A stretch of 64,000 bases of DNA from the IMG/VR virus record IMGVR_UViG_3300031993_000017; one strand, given 5' to 3'. The notes beneath the pieces were generated by a model, which was not told where the DNA came from, searched no databases, and saw only the letters and a program-made list of their open reading frames with translations. Source of the stretch: a virus (taxonomy: Duplodnaviria; Caudoviricetes). How positions within the stretch are numbered: the stretch's first letter is position 1; each line of letters opens with the position of its first letter. Of this stretch, positions 49,164 to 59,488 are shown piece after piece. The position numbers and the translations under genes were made by a program.

Positions 49164-49703
49164 TTACTCTAACCCGTATTTACTAAGTTGTGCTTTCCAG
49201 CGGCCAATACCATTTCCGCCGGAAGTTTCTTGTAAAGTATTCAACCAAGTTCTTGACCACTCCCAAGAATCTGGTACGTCAAATCCTTCGTAGTCGTTCT
49301 TGACCCAGAGCCATTTGTGATGGAATATGTATTCAGAGTGTCCTTTCTTTATAGTACCGTCTGAAAATACTGTGATATAATCTCCGACTTTCGGCTCTCT
49401 TGCAGAATCAAAGTCTGGAACTTCTTGAAAAGAAACTGACTGAGTTTTAGGAGAATATCGAATACAATTATATTCATAATCTGGATATTCGGATTCAAGA
49501 GTATCAACTGTAAACTCCCACAAGTCTGCAGGTACAATCTCAGCGGCGTAGTTCTTGTGAACATAAATATCACCGCCGATTTCCTTTCCTACACCATATT
49601 TAGATCGCTTGATAGGACTTCCTTTGTAGGTCTTAAGTGTCTGTCCGACTTCTGTCCTACTGTTGTTGTATTCTTCAAAACTTGCGAAAACATATCGTTT
49701 CAT
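49164..49703 (-). CDS. Hypothetical protein with MKRYVFAS leader
   Basis: GKEIGG.IYVHK, PDFD...EP, HHKW.WV..DY.GFDV. Confidence 0.65.
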   Translation of the reverse strand: MKRYVFASFEEYNNSRTEVGQTLKTYKGSPIKRSKYGVGKEIGGDIYVHKNYAAEIVPADLWEFTVDTLESEYPDYEYNCIRYSPKTQSVSFQEVPDFDSAREPKVGDYITVFSDGTIKKGHSEYIFHHKWLWVKNDYEGFDVPDSWEWSRTWLNTLQETSGGNGIGRWKAQLSKYGLE

Positions 49704-49707
49704 TTTA

Positions 49708-50031
49708 TCACCTAAAAATTTCAGCGTCATTTATGCTGGAGATATCACCGTAATCTTCATAAGACTGACTCATCTGATCAGGAGAAAAATACCGCTTCTT
49801 GCCTGATACTAAATCTTCCCATATAACATAAGCACCGATGCTAACTTGATCAAAAGCGTAGTCTAAAGATTCTTCGTAGTCTGCAAAGTCTTTTGAATCA
49901 GAAAGCCCTCTAAAGTTGCTGCCTGTGTAGCCACTTACTCTGTAAACTTTTTCATCAGAGATGCTATCACCAAATACAGGTTTTCCAGAAATGTTACAAG
50001 TGTTGGTTGCGGTTTTGATATATCTTTTCAT
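49708..50031 (-). CDS. Hypothetical protein with MKRYIKTA leader
   Basis: 107-aa ORF with SD. Confidence 0.6.
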   Translation of the reverse strand: MKRYIKTATNTCNISGKPVFGDSISDEKVYRVSGYTGSNFRGLSDSKDFADYEESLDYAFDQVSIGAYVIWEDLVSGKKRYFSPDQMSQSYEDYGDISSINDAEIFR

Positions 50032-50034
50032 AAT

Positions 50035-50184
50035 CTACTTCTTTCCTTTCTTTTGTTGTTCTTGTTGTGAAATCTTTATAGCGATACCTTGCTTAGTTGC
50101 TTTTTCTTTCGCTCCAGGTCCTTTATATACCTTACCTGTTTTACCCCATTGGTATCCACCGTCTTTGGTTTTGTGTACAGGCAT
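50035..50184 (-). CDS. Small basic protein (49 aa), absent from the ORF track
   Basis: MPVHKTKDGGYQWGKTGKVYKGPGAKEKA..QG.AI; SD AAGGAG. Confidence 0.7.
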   Translation of the reverse strand: MPVHKTKDGGYQWGKTGKVYKGPGAKEKATKQGIAIKISQQEQQKKGKK

Positions 50185-50188
50185 AAGA

Positions 50189-50812
50189 TCACTCCTTACC
50201 GATACCGATAACAGCTAACTTGTTATTTGAATCGTTTACAATTCTATACCCGAATCGCTCAATGTTACGTTTGTTTTTATTCAAGTAGTCTATAAGAAGT
50301 GTGATCGGAACGGTGTTGTTTATATCAGAATCCCTATCATAAGTCAACGTATAGTATTCGCCACGACCATTATATTGAACACCATCATTATAATCTATAT
50401 CATAGCCATCCTTGGTAAGAAGATCATAAGTATGCTCAATAGAATCAGTAATATCATAAATAGTACGAAGTGGTTCCGTCGGAGTATTATAGCTCTCTAC
50501 TACATCCATAACATCTTGATACGACAATTTCTTGGTAGTGCCAAAGAATTTACTAATGTATTTATTAAAATCAGCTATAGCCCATTCAATATCTTTGGAA
50601 GAATAGAAATCATCAAAGTAAGTATCTGGATCGTTATAATCTGTAACATGAACACTATACTGATTTTTATTCTGCTTTACAAAGCTAGCCCTACCATGAT
50701 CACAGAAGTATTGCGCAATCGTAGCAGATTCATCTACATCTGGATAAGCATCATGATTGTAATGGTAAACAATATCGTCGGTTGTAAAACTTGCCTTAAT
50801 GTATCTTTTCAT
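50189..50812 (-). CDS. Hypothetical protein with MKRYIKAS leader
   Basis: ORF with SD AAGGAG. Confidence 0.6.
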   Translation of the reverse strand: MKRYIKASFTTDDIVYHYNHDAYPDVDESATIAQYFCDHGRASFVKQNKNQYSVHVTDYNDPDTYFDDFYSSKDIEWAIADFNKYISKFFGTTKKLSYQDVMDVVESYNTPTEPLRTIYDITDSIEHTYDLLTKDGYDIDYNDGVQYNGRGEYYTLTYDRDSDINNTVPITLLIDYLNKNKRNIERFGYRIVNDSNNKLAVIGIGKE

Positions 50813-50828
50813 ATGCATCACTCCTTAT

Positions 50829-51170
50829 TTATTCAACAAAATAATGATAAAAATCATAAGTTCTACTAGATGAATTTTCAGTACATTTATAATCTATTTC
50901 AAATAAATCATGCAGTGATTCAAGTTCATCTTCCAAAGAATCAATAATTTGAATGTCATTGATTATTGCAATAACAAACATATCTATATATTTATCTCCA
51001 TAAGAATCAATTTCAGTCTGTATGTAAGCATCCTGAATTTCTATATCAAAATAATTGAATATGTTTAAAATATAGTCTTCTTCATCAGGTGATATTGGAT
51101 ATGTCTCTTTATGGTTGAACATAATTGAACTGAATATACCTTTGTTTTTCTTGCTTTCAACATAGTACAT
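50829..51170 (-). CDS. Acidic hypothetical protein
   Basis: 113-aa ORF. Confidence 0.5.
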   Translation of the reverse strand: MYYVESKKNKGIFSSIMFNHKETYPISPDEEDYILNIFNYFDIEIQDAYIQTEIDSYGDKYIDMFVIAIINDIQIIDSLEDELESLHDLFEIDYKCTENSSSRTYDFYHYFVE

Positions 51171-51334
51171 AAGTTGCTTGAATTGATTTATATCTAATGG
51201 ATCTTCACAATCTTATATTGTATACCTTCTGTACCATCAATTTGCTGTCTTCGTCTCGGCGAGATTTTAGCTCAGCCCACGCTTTGTCAAAATCTGTCGT
51301 GGAAGAAATTGTAAATTTACTGTAATCAATAGAA

Positions 51335-51532
51335 TCATTCAAAATCAACCATCTCCTGTAACCTTTTCATAAACTCATCTCCACGCATTGTATGTGGTTT
51401 AGGTTTTCCAAATTTAGCATTCCATCTGTCAAAAAACTCAGAATCACTTTTATTGTGCATTGATTCAGAGTCAACATCATTGTACCTTGTTGTCATTTCT
51501 GGAACATTTTCAGATTTAATATATCTTTTCAT
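51335..51532 (-). CDS. Small protein with MKRYIKS leader
   Basis: 65 aa, coupled to upstream ORF. Confidence 0.55.
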   Translation of the reverse strand: MKRYIKSENVPEMTTRYNDVDSESMHNKSDSEFFDRWNAKFGKPKPHTMRGDEFMKRLQEMVDFE

Positions 51533-51744
51533 ACCAGTATCCTTTCTGCATCACACTGAGCAGTTTCTATATCCTTATACAAAATATCATGTCCTAAACT
51601 ATCCTGAACATAGGTCCAATCTGCTTCAAGATCGGAAATGCTTTTGTATTTCAATTTGTATGACGATTTGTCATTCCCGCAGATGATAATCTCTACGATG
51701 TAGTTATCATCTACAAAGATGTTGTAATTCAATATTCCGGTCAT
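51529..51744 (-). CDS. Hypothetical protein
   Basis: 71 aa; SD GAGGAG. Confidence 0.5.
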   Translation of the reverse strand: MTGILNYNIFVDDNYIVEIIICGNDKSSYKLKYKSISDLEADWTYVQDSLGHDILYKDIETAQCDAERILV

Positions 51745-51755
51745 AATAACTCCTC

Positions 51756-53219
51756 TCAGAAATCATGAACAATTTCTTTGACACCGCATTTTTCAATGAT
51801 ATCGTCAAACTCATCTGTATGTATAAAGACTGTGAGATTTTCGCAACCCCAGAAAGCCTCAGCACTTATTGTTAATACAGAGTCTGGAATGACAAGTTTT
51901 GTTAAGTTTTCACATCCTCGGAAACAAGAAAATCCTATCAATTCCAGGCTAGAAGGTAGATTTATATTCTTCAAAGACTCACACCAGAGAAATGCCGAAC
52001 CTCTTAATCTAGTCACACCCTCAGGTAGACGAACAGTCTCTAGTTGTCCGCATTCTTTGAAACATCGTGCAGGAATTTCATCTACTCCATTTGGTATCAC
52101 AACTTCAGTCAATTTTGCTCTCCAGAATGCTCCGGTACCTAAACGTACATTATTGGGTAGATCTACGTCGCGTAATCCAGACTCTGCAAATGCACCTTGT
52201 CCAATTGAGCGAACAGACTTAGGAATCTTTACTGATACTAGGTTAGGACATTCGTCAAATGCCCAATCAGGAATCTCTTCAAGACCTTCTGGCAAAACTA
52301 CATGTTGGATGCTTTCATTTTCTGAAAATGCGCCGCTATCTAATGTAGTACCTTTTAGTAATGTAAAATCAGACGAATCTTCATATGATTTTACAAATTG
52401 TGGTTTATCGTGACTTAGTTCAACATCACCAAGTTTTGTTGCTTCTCCATACTTGTACAATTCAGAATCACGTACAACATACTTCGGCGACTTGTCTATA
52501 TGATAATCAAGTGCTTTTGCAAATGGTGGATGGTCTTCTAAGAATTCTATCAATCGTTCCAGACCTAACTCATCGTCGTTGAAATTGAAGAACCAAGATT
52601 TCGTAGAAGGGCTGCTTTGGTACTTGCGTTTTGGATTCCGAGTATTGATAAAAATATAGAGCGGACCATAATAAGAATACCGTTTCCAATATGCATCATC
52701 ACCGGAATAGGCTGTACACCATTTTGCTTTCTCACCGCCCCACTGGGCGAGTGAAATTGAGCCTTCGTAGGTCAATGGTTGCCAAAGCTCCCACTCTTTA
52801 TCTTTTGCAAGCAATTTCTTATCCTTATCGCCTGCGTTATGCACATTTCGTTGAAGCTCTTTTTGACGTTCGGTGTCTGAAAGTGGAAGTTCACCAACTC
52901 TTGCAGAATCCTCCAAGAACTCATCTACAGTCTTGTATCTTCCTAAGTCAGAGTATGTGAAGGACTTGGATCTCTTGACAAACATATCTAACGCATCTTT
53001 AATATTGTTGTAATCATAATTGCTGAAATTTTGTTTAGAATATTGATTCAGAAGCCAGACTGCATATTTTCCACCTGAAGTTGAACCTTCCTTGAATGTT
53101 GGATCTAGCCTTATGATTTCATCAAAATCATCTTTGCTGATGGAAGGAAACTGGGTGATAAGTCGGTCAATGCTGACTGCAGAGCTAACATAAGTAAATG
53201 ATTTTATATAACGTTTCAT
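51756..53219 (-). CDS. BspA-type leucine-rich repeat protein with MKRYIKS leader
   Basis: About 8 repeats of L..V.IP..V..IG..AF..C; N-terminal domain with KWCTA motif. Confidence 0.85.
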   Translation of the reverse strand: MKRYIKSFTYVSSAVSIDRLITQFPSISKDDFDEIIRLDPTFKEGSTSGGKYAVWLLNQYSKQNFSNYDYNNIKDALDMFVKRSKSFTYSDLGRYKTVDEFLEDSARVGELPLSDTERQKELQRNVHNAGDKDKKLLAKDKEWELWQPLTYEGSISLAQWGGEKAKWCTAYSGDDAYWKRYSYYGPLYIFINTRNPKRKYQSSPSTKSWFFNFNDDELGLERLIEFLEDHPPFAKALDYHIDKSPKYVVRDSELYKYGEATKLGDVELSHDKPQFVKSYEDSSDFTLLKGTTLDSGAFSENESIQHVVLPEGLEEIPDWAFDECPNLVSVKIPKSVRSIGQGAFAESGLRDVDLPNNVRLGTGAFWRAKLTEVVIPNGVDEIPARCFKECGQLETVRLPEGVTRLRGSAFLWCESLKNINLPSSLELIGFSCFRGCENLTKLVIPDSVLTISAEAFWGCENLTVFIHTDEFDDIIEKCGVKEIVHDF

Positions 53220-53233
53220 AGACGTACCTCAAA

Positions 53234-53671
53234 TCAATAGAGTGTTTCATAATCTTCGAAGTATTTATCAATTCGTTTCCGTACTTTTTGTTCAATCTTC
53301 TTACAACCTTCTTGTAAATCTTCAAATTGATTAGGCCTGAAAAGATCGAATCCAACAGTTACTTCATCAGGATTCTTCAAAATAGTATTCACACGGATTT
53401 TATTCTGATATGTTGTAATATCTAAGATTACATCAATCTCCTGCATACCTTCTTCAGAATATTTTCGTACTTGATTCTTGCCGACATACACAGGAAGTTC
53501 ATATAGAACAGTCAGATAAACATAGAAATGGTTCGGACCTTTTGAAAATTTATATGCTCCGTCAATATGTTCATATAAGTGTTTACCTACTCGGTTTACT
53601 AATTCACTTGCTTGTGGTTCTTTCCATTTTGTAGGTTGTCTATCAGCTACAATTCTAATCAATCTCTTCAT
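53234..53671 (-). CDS. Hypothetical protein
   Basis: 145 aa, starts MKRLIRI. Confidence 0.6.
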   Translation of the reverse strand: MKRLIRIVADRQPTKWKEPQASELVNRVGKHLYEHIDGAYKFSKGPNHFYVYLTVLYELPVYVGKNQVRKYSEEGMQEIDVILDITTYQNKIRVNTILKNPDEVTVGFDLFRPNQFEDLQEGCKKIEQKVRKRIDKYFEDYETLY

Positions 53672-54171
53672 TCTGGAACCTCTTCAAAACATTTACTAAG
53701 TGCTTGATACAAGCCGGGATCGCGTCTTTCAAAGTTTTTCTGTTTGGTGAAAATAGATCCAGTCGGTAATTTGTATTCATAGTAATATTCAGCAAAAGAA
53801 TACTTACCATACGGATTTGAATATGCTTCATCAATCTTATCATTTGTAAGAAACACATAATTCATTGTACGATAGGCGTCTACATAATCAACATCTTCAT
53901 GGAATTTTTTCATATCCTGTGAAAGATATGGAAACCAACCTTCCAAAACTGCAATCGCTAAAAGATCGTCATGTAGGAACTCAATTGCATCACCGATCAG
54001 ATAAATGTCACCATCATTTTTAGTAGAACCGTAGATATCTGAAGGTACATAAACAATTCTGTAACATTTAGGTTTATTCAACAATAAATTTACAATATCA
54101 CCAGCATAATCAGTTAAGATAATATCGTCTGATTCTAATTTATGTAATGATGCCCTTATGTATCTTTTCAT
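53668..54171 (-). CDS. Hypothetical protein with MKRYIRAS leader
   Basis: ATG 54171 after SD GAGGAG. Confidence 0.6.
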   Translation of the reverse strand: MKRYIRASLHKLESDDIILTDYAGDIVNLLLNKPKCYRIVYVPSDIYGSTKNDGDIYLIGDAIEFLHDDLLAIAVLEGWFPYLSQDMKKFHEDVDYVDAYRTMNYVFLTNDKIDEAYSNPYGKYSFAEYYYEYKLPTGSIFTKQKNFERRDPGLYQALSKCFEEVPE

Positions 54172-54195
54172 ATCAATATACTCCTCACATACCTC

Positions 54196-54230
54196 CAACT
54201 ACATCAAATCAATATGAAATGATGTAGTTG
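54196..54230 (-). terminator. Hairpin after the tail fibre-like gene
   Basis: CAACTACATCA...TGATGTAGTTG inverted repeat. Confidence 0.5.
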
Positions 54231-54241
54231 GGTTAAAAAAA

Positions 54242-57232
54242 TTAAATAGACACTTTGTTCATTCGTAAATTGATCTGAACTGACATATGTGCATTATCAG
54301 AAGCAATCAAATATGGTGCGGTAGGATGTCCATCATAAGTTATTGGGTCTCTCAACTGATTGTTTAATCCATCTGAAATCGTTTCTGCAACTAAATCAAA
54401 TACCATAGCAAAATTTCTATACGGATCATTCGTGGTAGAAATTACTCCACCCTGTGTATCGCGGGTAAGATCATACGCCACGGCAGAACCAAAATGCTCT
54501 CTAAGCCACCCATCATTTATCTCACTTATATTATCAAAAGTTGCCATTTTAATGTTTCCATTGTCTACAATGAATGGATATCTACAGATTAATCTGTATC
54601 CTGTAGCATAACTTAACCTAATTTTATCTGAGTTTGATGCACTTGAGGATGGAGTACCGACGTATGCCCTCCAGTTAATAATATTGTCATTAGTTCCGGA
54701 TGTAGGTGCATCAATTAAAACACGTGATACATTTCGAAATGCATAATCTTCATCTCCGAAAAACATCTTTTTACACATGGCAGGAGTAATACCAAATCTA
54801 GCGATTATTCCATGATCCCACTTGTAGTATTTATACGTTACACCATCAATGGTATCAGTACCTTTTTCATTATACGATCTTCCGTGTGTATAGAATAGTG
54901 AGCTTCCAGTTGGAATTTCACTACTTCCTAACCCAGACGATATAGCATCTGCAATACATAAACCATATTTGATTGCTGGAAGAACAGTAGCATTGTCCAA
55001 CTCCCAATCAGAACCTTGCCATGCACCTGTAACTGGTGTATTTGAAATGCATACATACTGTCCGCTATTTACGATAACATAGTCACCTCTGTAGTATGTT
55101 TTTGATGAATCATAGGCCGTAACTACCGCAGTAACTTCTCTCCAATATCCAGCATTTACATTACCATTGGTCAACAATGGTGCCTGATCTAAAGTATCAT
55201 CTCGTATACATCTGAATTTTCTCACATTTGATTTAGCATCTGTATAAGAACAATAATCCAGTGTATTGTATGTGAGTGTGCTTGAATATGTACTAGGAAC
55301 AACTGTCATATCACCGGCATCTACAGATACAGATTCAGAAACTTGTAATACCCCGGAGATTGGAATGTCATTTGACATACTGACAGTATAAGCCATACCA
55401 AGTTTTTCTCTATGTGCAGTATCACCATATGAGGTAGGTGGATTATTACTGTCTGGACCAGATAAAATATAATCTTTCCAACTGTATCCAGAATAATCTA
55501 TACGACGGACTACACCAGTATAGTACCCATTGATGGGCTGATATGTATTATTCGGATCTAATAATTGTTTTGCTCTAAGTGGATACCAAACACGATAGCC
55601 AGTGTATGGGGTGTTCGTATAATCAGAACTGCTCAAAACAGGTCTGGAGTTTGTAATGGTATATTCATCCCCATTTTTAGCAATATCAATTCCTACACCG
55701 GGCTTTAATTTCATGGTATTCTCAAGATTTACAACACCATTACTGGAAGTTACATCGATTCCGGTGGTTTGAGGTTTCTTCTGAATTGTCTGACTAACTG
55801 TAAATGTCTTTACACCACCACTCGTGGAAGGTGTAATCTTTATAGAAGATGTATTTGCATCGGTTACAACATTGATCTGCCCTGTCATATCTGCGGAAAT
55901 TTCCCAAGCACCTGTTGTAGCGTTCCGTGTTACCGTAACTGCTGCATTACCGGCTACGATGCTATTCAATGCATATAATCCTTCAGATCCTTGCATTGAC
56001 AAGATACCGTTTGTAAGATTTAATGCAGTAGTACCGACAAATGTTGACTCATAATCAGATAATGTGGAGTTATCATTGTTTCTGAAAATCTTTACAGTTC
56101 CGGGAGCTACAACATCAACAGGATATTGATGCCTTACCGCTACTGTTCCATCTGCAACTGGTTCTTGAAAGTTTGCATACAATGCAGGTGGATAATTACC
56201 ATATTGAGAATATACATTCAAAACATTTGTATAAAGTGTAGGCGATGATAAATATTTATAACGCATATCAACGCCCGCGATATCACTCGGAGTTGATTCG
56301 CAATAAAGCGTATAGATAGTATTTTCTTCATCTCCATAAATCTCATCAAGGTCTGTATTTATATCAAAGATTGTATATTCTGATGAAATATCCGAAGTCT
56401 GATCCGTTGTTTGAATGCCATGCATGTACTTTTCATATCCTGCAGGTGTTGTAAACACAATAGGTGTACACCACGGGAATATTTCAGGTCCTAGAAACCC
56501 ACCATTTACATGATCATTGTCAATCGGATCGGCAGAACCGCCGGAAAGCACAGAAGTGCCTCTCAAAATATTTCTATCTGTAAATCCTATCAAAAGAATC
56601 ATAGGATTATGCGTGATATATTCACCACCACGATTTGCAAATAATCTAAGCACAGGAACAGGTGAGGGTTCTCCGGCTTTCTTATCTACTTGAACCTTTG
56701 TAAGATCATAGTGTGGTTCAACCTCTTGAAGTCCATAATCAGCAGATTCTGTCCAAGTGCCACCTTGAAGAATCACACCTTTATCGATCTTCAAATAGTC
56801 CTGAAATTTTTTCAGATAAGTACGAGTATACTCACCAGATTGACCTACCATATGTGGGATATCCGTAGCTTCAGTTGGACCACTCGGATATGTCGTCGCT
56901 CCATTTGCTACCAAAGGATGATATCGCATTACCTTAGTTGCCCAATGGTCTGACAAAAATACAGCTTCACCATCAAAGAATGATGCGATGATAGTATTAG
57001 CTGCACATAATCTTGTCTGGCTTGGAAATGGGATATCAATGAATTTTCCATTGAATGAAGGAACTTCTACAATCATAGCTGCACCCATAGCAAGCATTGA
57101 TCCTAACCATTCACGTTCTGTAGCGATATCCCCGGATTCAGGATCTAGCCCGGAAGCAATCGCATTTTTCACATAAAGTTCATAGGCACTGAATCCTACC
57201 ACACGACCTTCATTATAAATTTCTTTTGACAC
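54242..57232 (-). CDS. Tail fibre / receptor-binding-like structural protein with CBM-like repeats
   Basis: G.SAYE...EWL.SM N-terminus typical of fibre/baseplate proteins; Y...DY repeats ending GAW..SDW; GTG start after GAAAGGA. Confidence 0.6.
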   Translation of the reverse strand: MSKEIYNEGRVVGFSAYELYVKNAIASGLDPESGDIATEREWLGSMLAMGAAMIVEVPSFNGKFIDIPFPSQTRLCAANTIIASFFDGEAVFLSDHWATKVMRYHPLVANGATTYPSGPTEATDIPHMVGQSGEYTRTYLKKFQDYLKIDKGVILQGGTWTESADYGLQEVEPHYDLTKVQVDKKAGEPSPVPVLRLFANRGGEYITHNPMILLIGFTDRNILRGTSVLSGGSADPIDNDHVNGGFLGPEIFPWCTPIVFTTPAGYEKYMHGIQTTDQTSDISSEYTIFDINTDLDEIYGDEENTIYTLYCESTPSDIAGVDMRYKYLSSPTLYTNVLNVYSQYGNYPPALYANFQEPVADGTVAVRHQYPVDVVAPGTVKIFRNNDNSTLSDYESTFVGTTALNLTNGILSMQGSEGLYALNSIVAGNAAVTVTRNATTGAWEISADMTGQINVVTDANTSSIKITPSTSGGVKTFTVSQTIQKKPQTTGIDVTSSNGVVNLENTMKLKPGVGIDIAKNGDEYTITNSRPVLSSSDYTNTPYTGYRVWYPLRAKQLLDPNNTYQPINGYYTGVVRRIDYSGYSWKDYILSGPDSNNPPTSYGDTAHREKLGMAYTVSMSNDIPISGVLQVSESVSVDAGDMTVVPSTYSSTLTYNTLDYCSYTDAKSNVRKFRCIRDDTLDQAPLLTNGNVNAGYWREVTAVVTAYDSSKTYYRGDYVIVNSGQYVCISNTPVTGAWQGSDWELDNATVLPAIKYGLCIADAISSGLGSSEIPTGSSLFYTHGRSYNEKGTDTIDGVTYKYYKWDHGIIARFGITPAMCKKMFFGDEDYAFRNVSRVLIDAPTSGTNDNIINWRAYVGTPSSSASNSDKIRLSYATGYRLICRYPFIVDNGNIKMATFDNISEINDGWLREHFGSAVAYDLTRDTQGGVISTTNDPYRNFAMVFDLVAETISDGLNNQLRDPITYDGHPTAPYLIASDNAHMSVQINLRMNKVSI

Positions 57233-57292
57233 GTTATTATTTCCTTTCAAATTATTTAACGTTAAAATTTTGAAATATTTATTGTTCAACGC

Positions 57293-58546
57293 CTAAATAT
57301 TACATGCGTTTACCACAATTGGATGTAACGCTACACCCTCTACTCCGTTTGCATAGGCATTCGGAAATACTTTTTTAAGAATCTGTAAACTCCCATTCAC
57401 ATCGGCGTTGATAAGTTTCTCCGTATTACTCTGAAATAATCCTCTGTGGACTCGTCTCTCTTTTCTGTAGTTCTCTTTAATCGGTGATTCATTATCTAAG
57501 AAACTTGTTCCACTTGTATAACTTTCTTCTGTGAGCACTACAGATATACCATATTCTTCAGCTTTATATTGGATCATCTCTATCAATCTGTTATATGGTA
57601 TCTGTATAAAAGATTGGTTAATTCTTTTGCTCATTTCTGATTTCTGTTTCCAACCTTTATTTTTGCCTATAACTATTACAGAAACATCGTCTTTACGAGC
57701 TTTGTCAACTATGTATCTACTTGCCTGATGTAAATAGTTGTCAACAATCTGATTTCTTTTTTCTGTTATACTCCGTATCCTCTTTGTCGAATGTCTATTA
57801 TTCATTCTCATAGCAATTGACTTATAATGAGCTAACAATTTATTGTAGTATTTGTTCTCAGACTTCAGACCCTTACCGTTTATTATAAATGGTTGTTCAC
57901 CAAAATTATTTGTTACGGTTGCTAAGTTATCTAAGCCTATGTCAATACTATAATATCTGTTATTATCACCTATTGTTTCCGAAATTTCTACATTATAAAC
58001 CACCTCCAATTCAATATGATTTGCTTTAGGTATGAACCTTACTTGCTGAAATGACACATAGTTTTCTTTGCTTATAAATAATGGCTCAACTGTAAAACCA
58101 TTAAATACTTTTGGAAACTGTAAGATACCATTTTTCAATTTTACTTCTTGATTTGTAAGGATCAAAATTGATCTTCCGTTTTTATCTTTGTACTTTGGCA
58201 GTTTCGGTTTTCCTAAGTATTTATCTTTATGGTTCTTCCAATCTTTAATTGATGCAAAGAATGATTTCCAATTCTTATCAAGTAATCTAAGTACCTGCTG
58301 TGCAGACTGTGCGGTTGGCATATTTTTATAGTCAGGATACCTTGCATCAGCTTTCAATGTTTTATCCAAGTCTTCATATCTTAACCAGTTGTCATTGTTT
58401 ACAAATTCTTGTCTAATTAAATAGTTGGCGTGGTTATACAAATTTTTTGCGTTAAAGCAAAAACCATCTATAAGATAATAATAAGTATTTGTTTGTCTGA
58501 TTTTGTGTTTTTCTACTCTTTGAATTACCATATTTATTATTACCAT
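57293..58546 (-). mobile_element. tnpB: Second TnpB (IS200/IS605 family, no tnpA)
   Basis: SIDIGLDNL, IVIGKNKGWKQ, EESYTS, INADVNGSLQI. Confidence 0.9.
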
Positions 58547-58589
58547 TTGATGATAGTGAATATTATTTAATGTTATCCGTTACAATATG

Positions 58590-59147
58590 TTATTCACCGT
58601 CACTTTCCGTTGATTCTGATAATGTAACTGTCCATTTAGGTAAATCTGATTTGAATGCAAATTCAACTTCATGCCATATCTCATTAGTTGAATCCCACAT
58701 GAAATATTTATCCAGTTCATTCACCCTTACAATTTTACCATTAGGTACTGGATTCTCTAATAGTTCATCCCTGTCCGCTAGCGTTTCCAATGAAATGAAG
58801 GCGGCATCATACCGTTCCTTATCTTTCACTGTGATGTATGCGGGCTGTGGATAATACTCGCCATCTTCTGGAATATCTCCGGAAATCCGCTTCGGTGGAA
58901 TATCCTGTCTGTGAATAAGATCATCACTATTCACAATAACAACATCGATCAGATCACTTATGATAACTGGCAATATGGTCTGATCAGTAATTGACAAAAA
59001 ATTCCAACCTACATTCAATCGATTGTCCCACTTGTACCAACCGTATCTTAAGATCCATGTGATATCTGGAAATCTCTTCAATCTTACAAGTGAACCTTGG
59101 TATATAACATTATCTGAATTAGGTATTTTTATAAATTGTCTATCCAT
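58590..59147 (-). CDS. Hypothetical protein; N-terminal domain paralogous to 59151-59396
   Basis: G.LVRL.RF...W....GWY......GW shared. Confidence 0.6.
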   Translation of the reverse strand: MDRQFIKIPNSDNVIYQGSLVRLKRFPDITWILRYGWYKWDNRLNVGWNFLSITDQTILPVIISDLIDVVIVNSDDLIHRQDIPPKRISGDIPEDGEYYPQPAYITVKDKERYDAAFISLETLADRDELLENPVPNGKIVRVNELDKYFMWDSTNEIWHEVEFAFKSDLPKWTVTLSESTESDGE

Positions 59148-59150
59148 ATA

Positions 59151-59396
59151 TTATAACTCCACCATATATATGTCGTCAAGGTCAGGAAGTTGCAATGGTT
59201 TGACGGTCTTAGGATTAGATTTCAACGTCAAATACCATCCACAAACGGGACGATTTCCTCCAAATGAGTACCACCCAAATCCTACAATCCATACATTGTG
59301 GTCAAATCTTCCAAGCCGTATTAAGTTTCCTGGACGAATAATCATATTTAATTTTGGAACTTCTAGAAACATGTTGTTATCAGACATTGGCTTCAC
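59151..59396 (-). CDS. Hypothetical protein (probable start MSDNN)
   Basis: Paralogous Trp/Gly-rich domain. Confidence 0.6.
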   Translation of the reverse strand: MKPMSDNNMFLEVPKLNMIIRPGNLIRLGRFDHNVWIVGFGWYSFGGNRPVCGWYLTLKSNPKTVKPLQLPDLDDIYMVEL

Positions 59397-59424
59397 CTCT
59401 GAAAGTATACAAGGTTAAAGAACA

Positions 59425-59457
59425 AGGCCAGAAATCTAAGATTTAGACATCTGGCCT
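59425..59457 (-). terminator. Hairpin terminator
   Basis: AGGCCAGA...TCTGGCCT followed by a T-rich tract on the minus strand. Confidence 0.55.
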
Positions 59458-59488
59458 GTTACATCATCTATATATTTTAGGGTATAAA

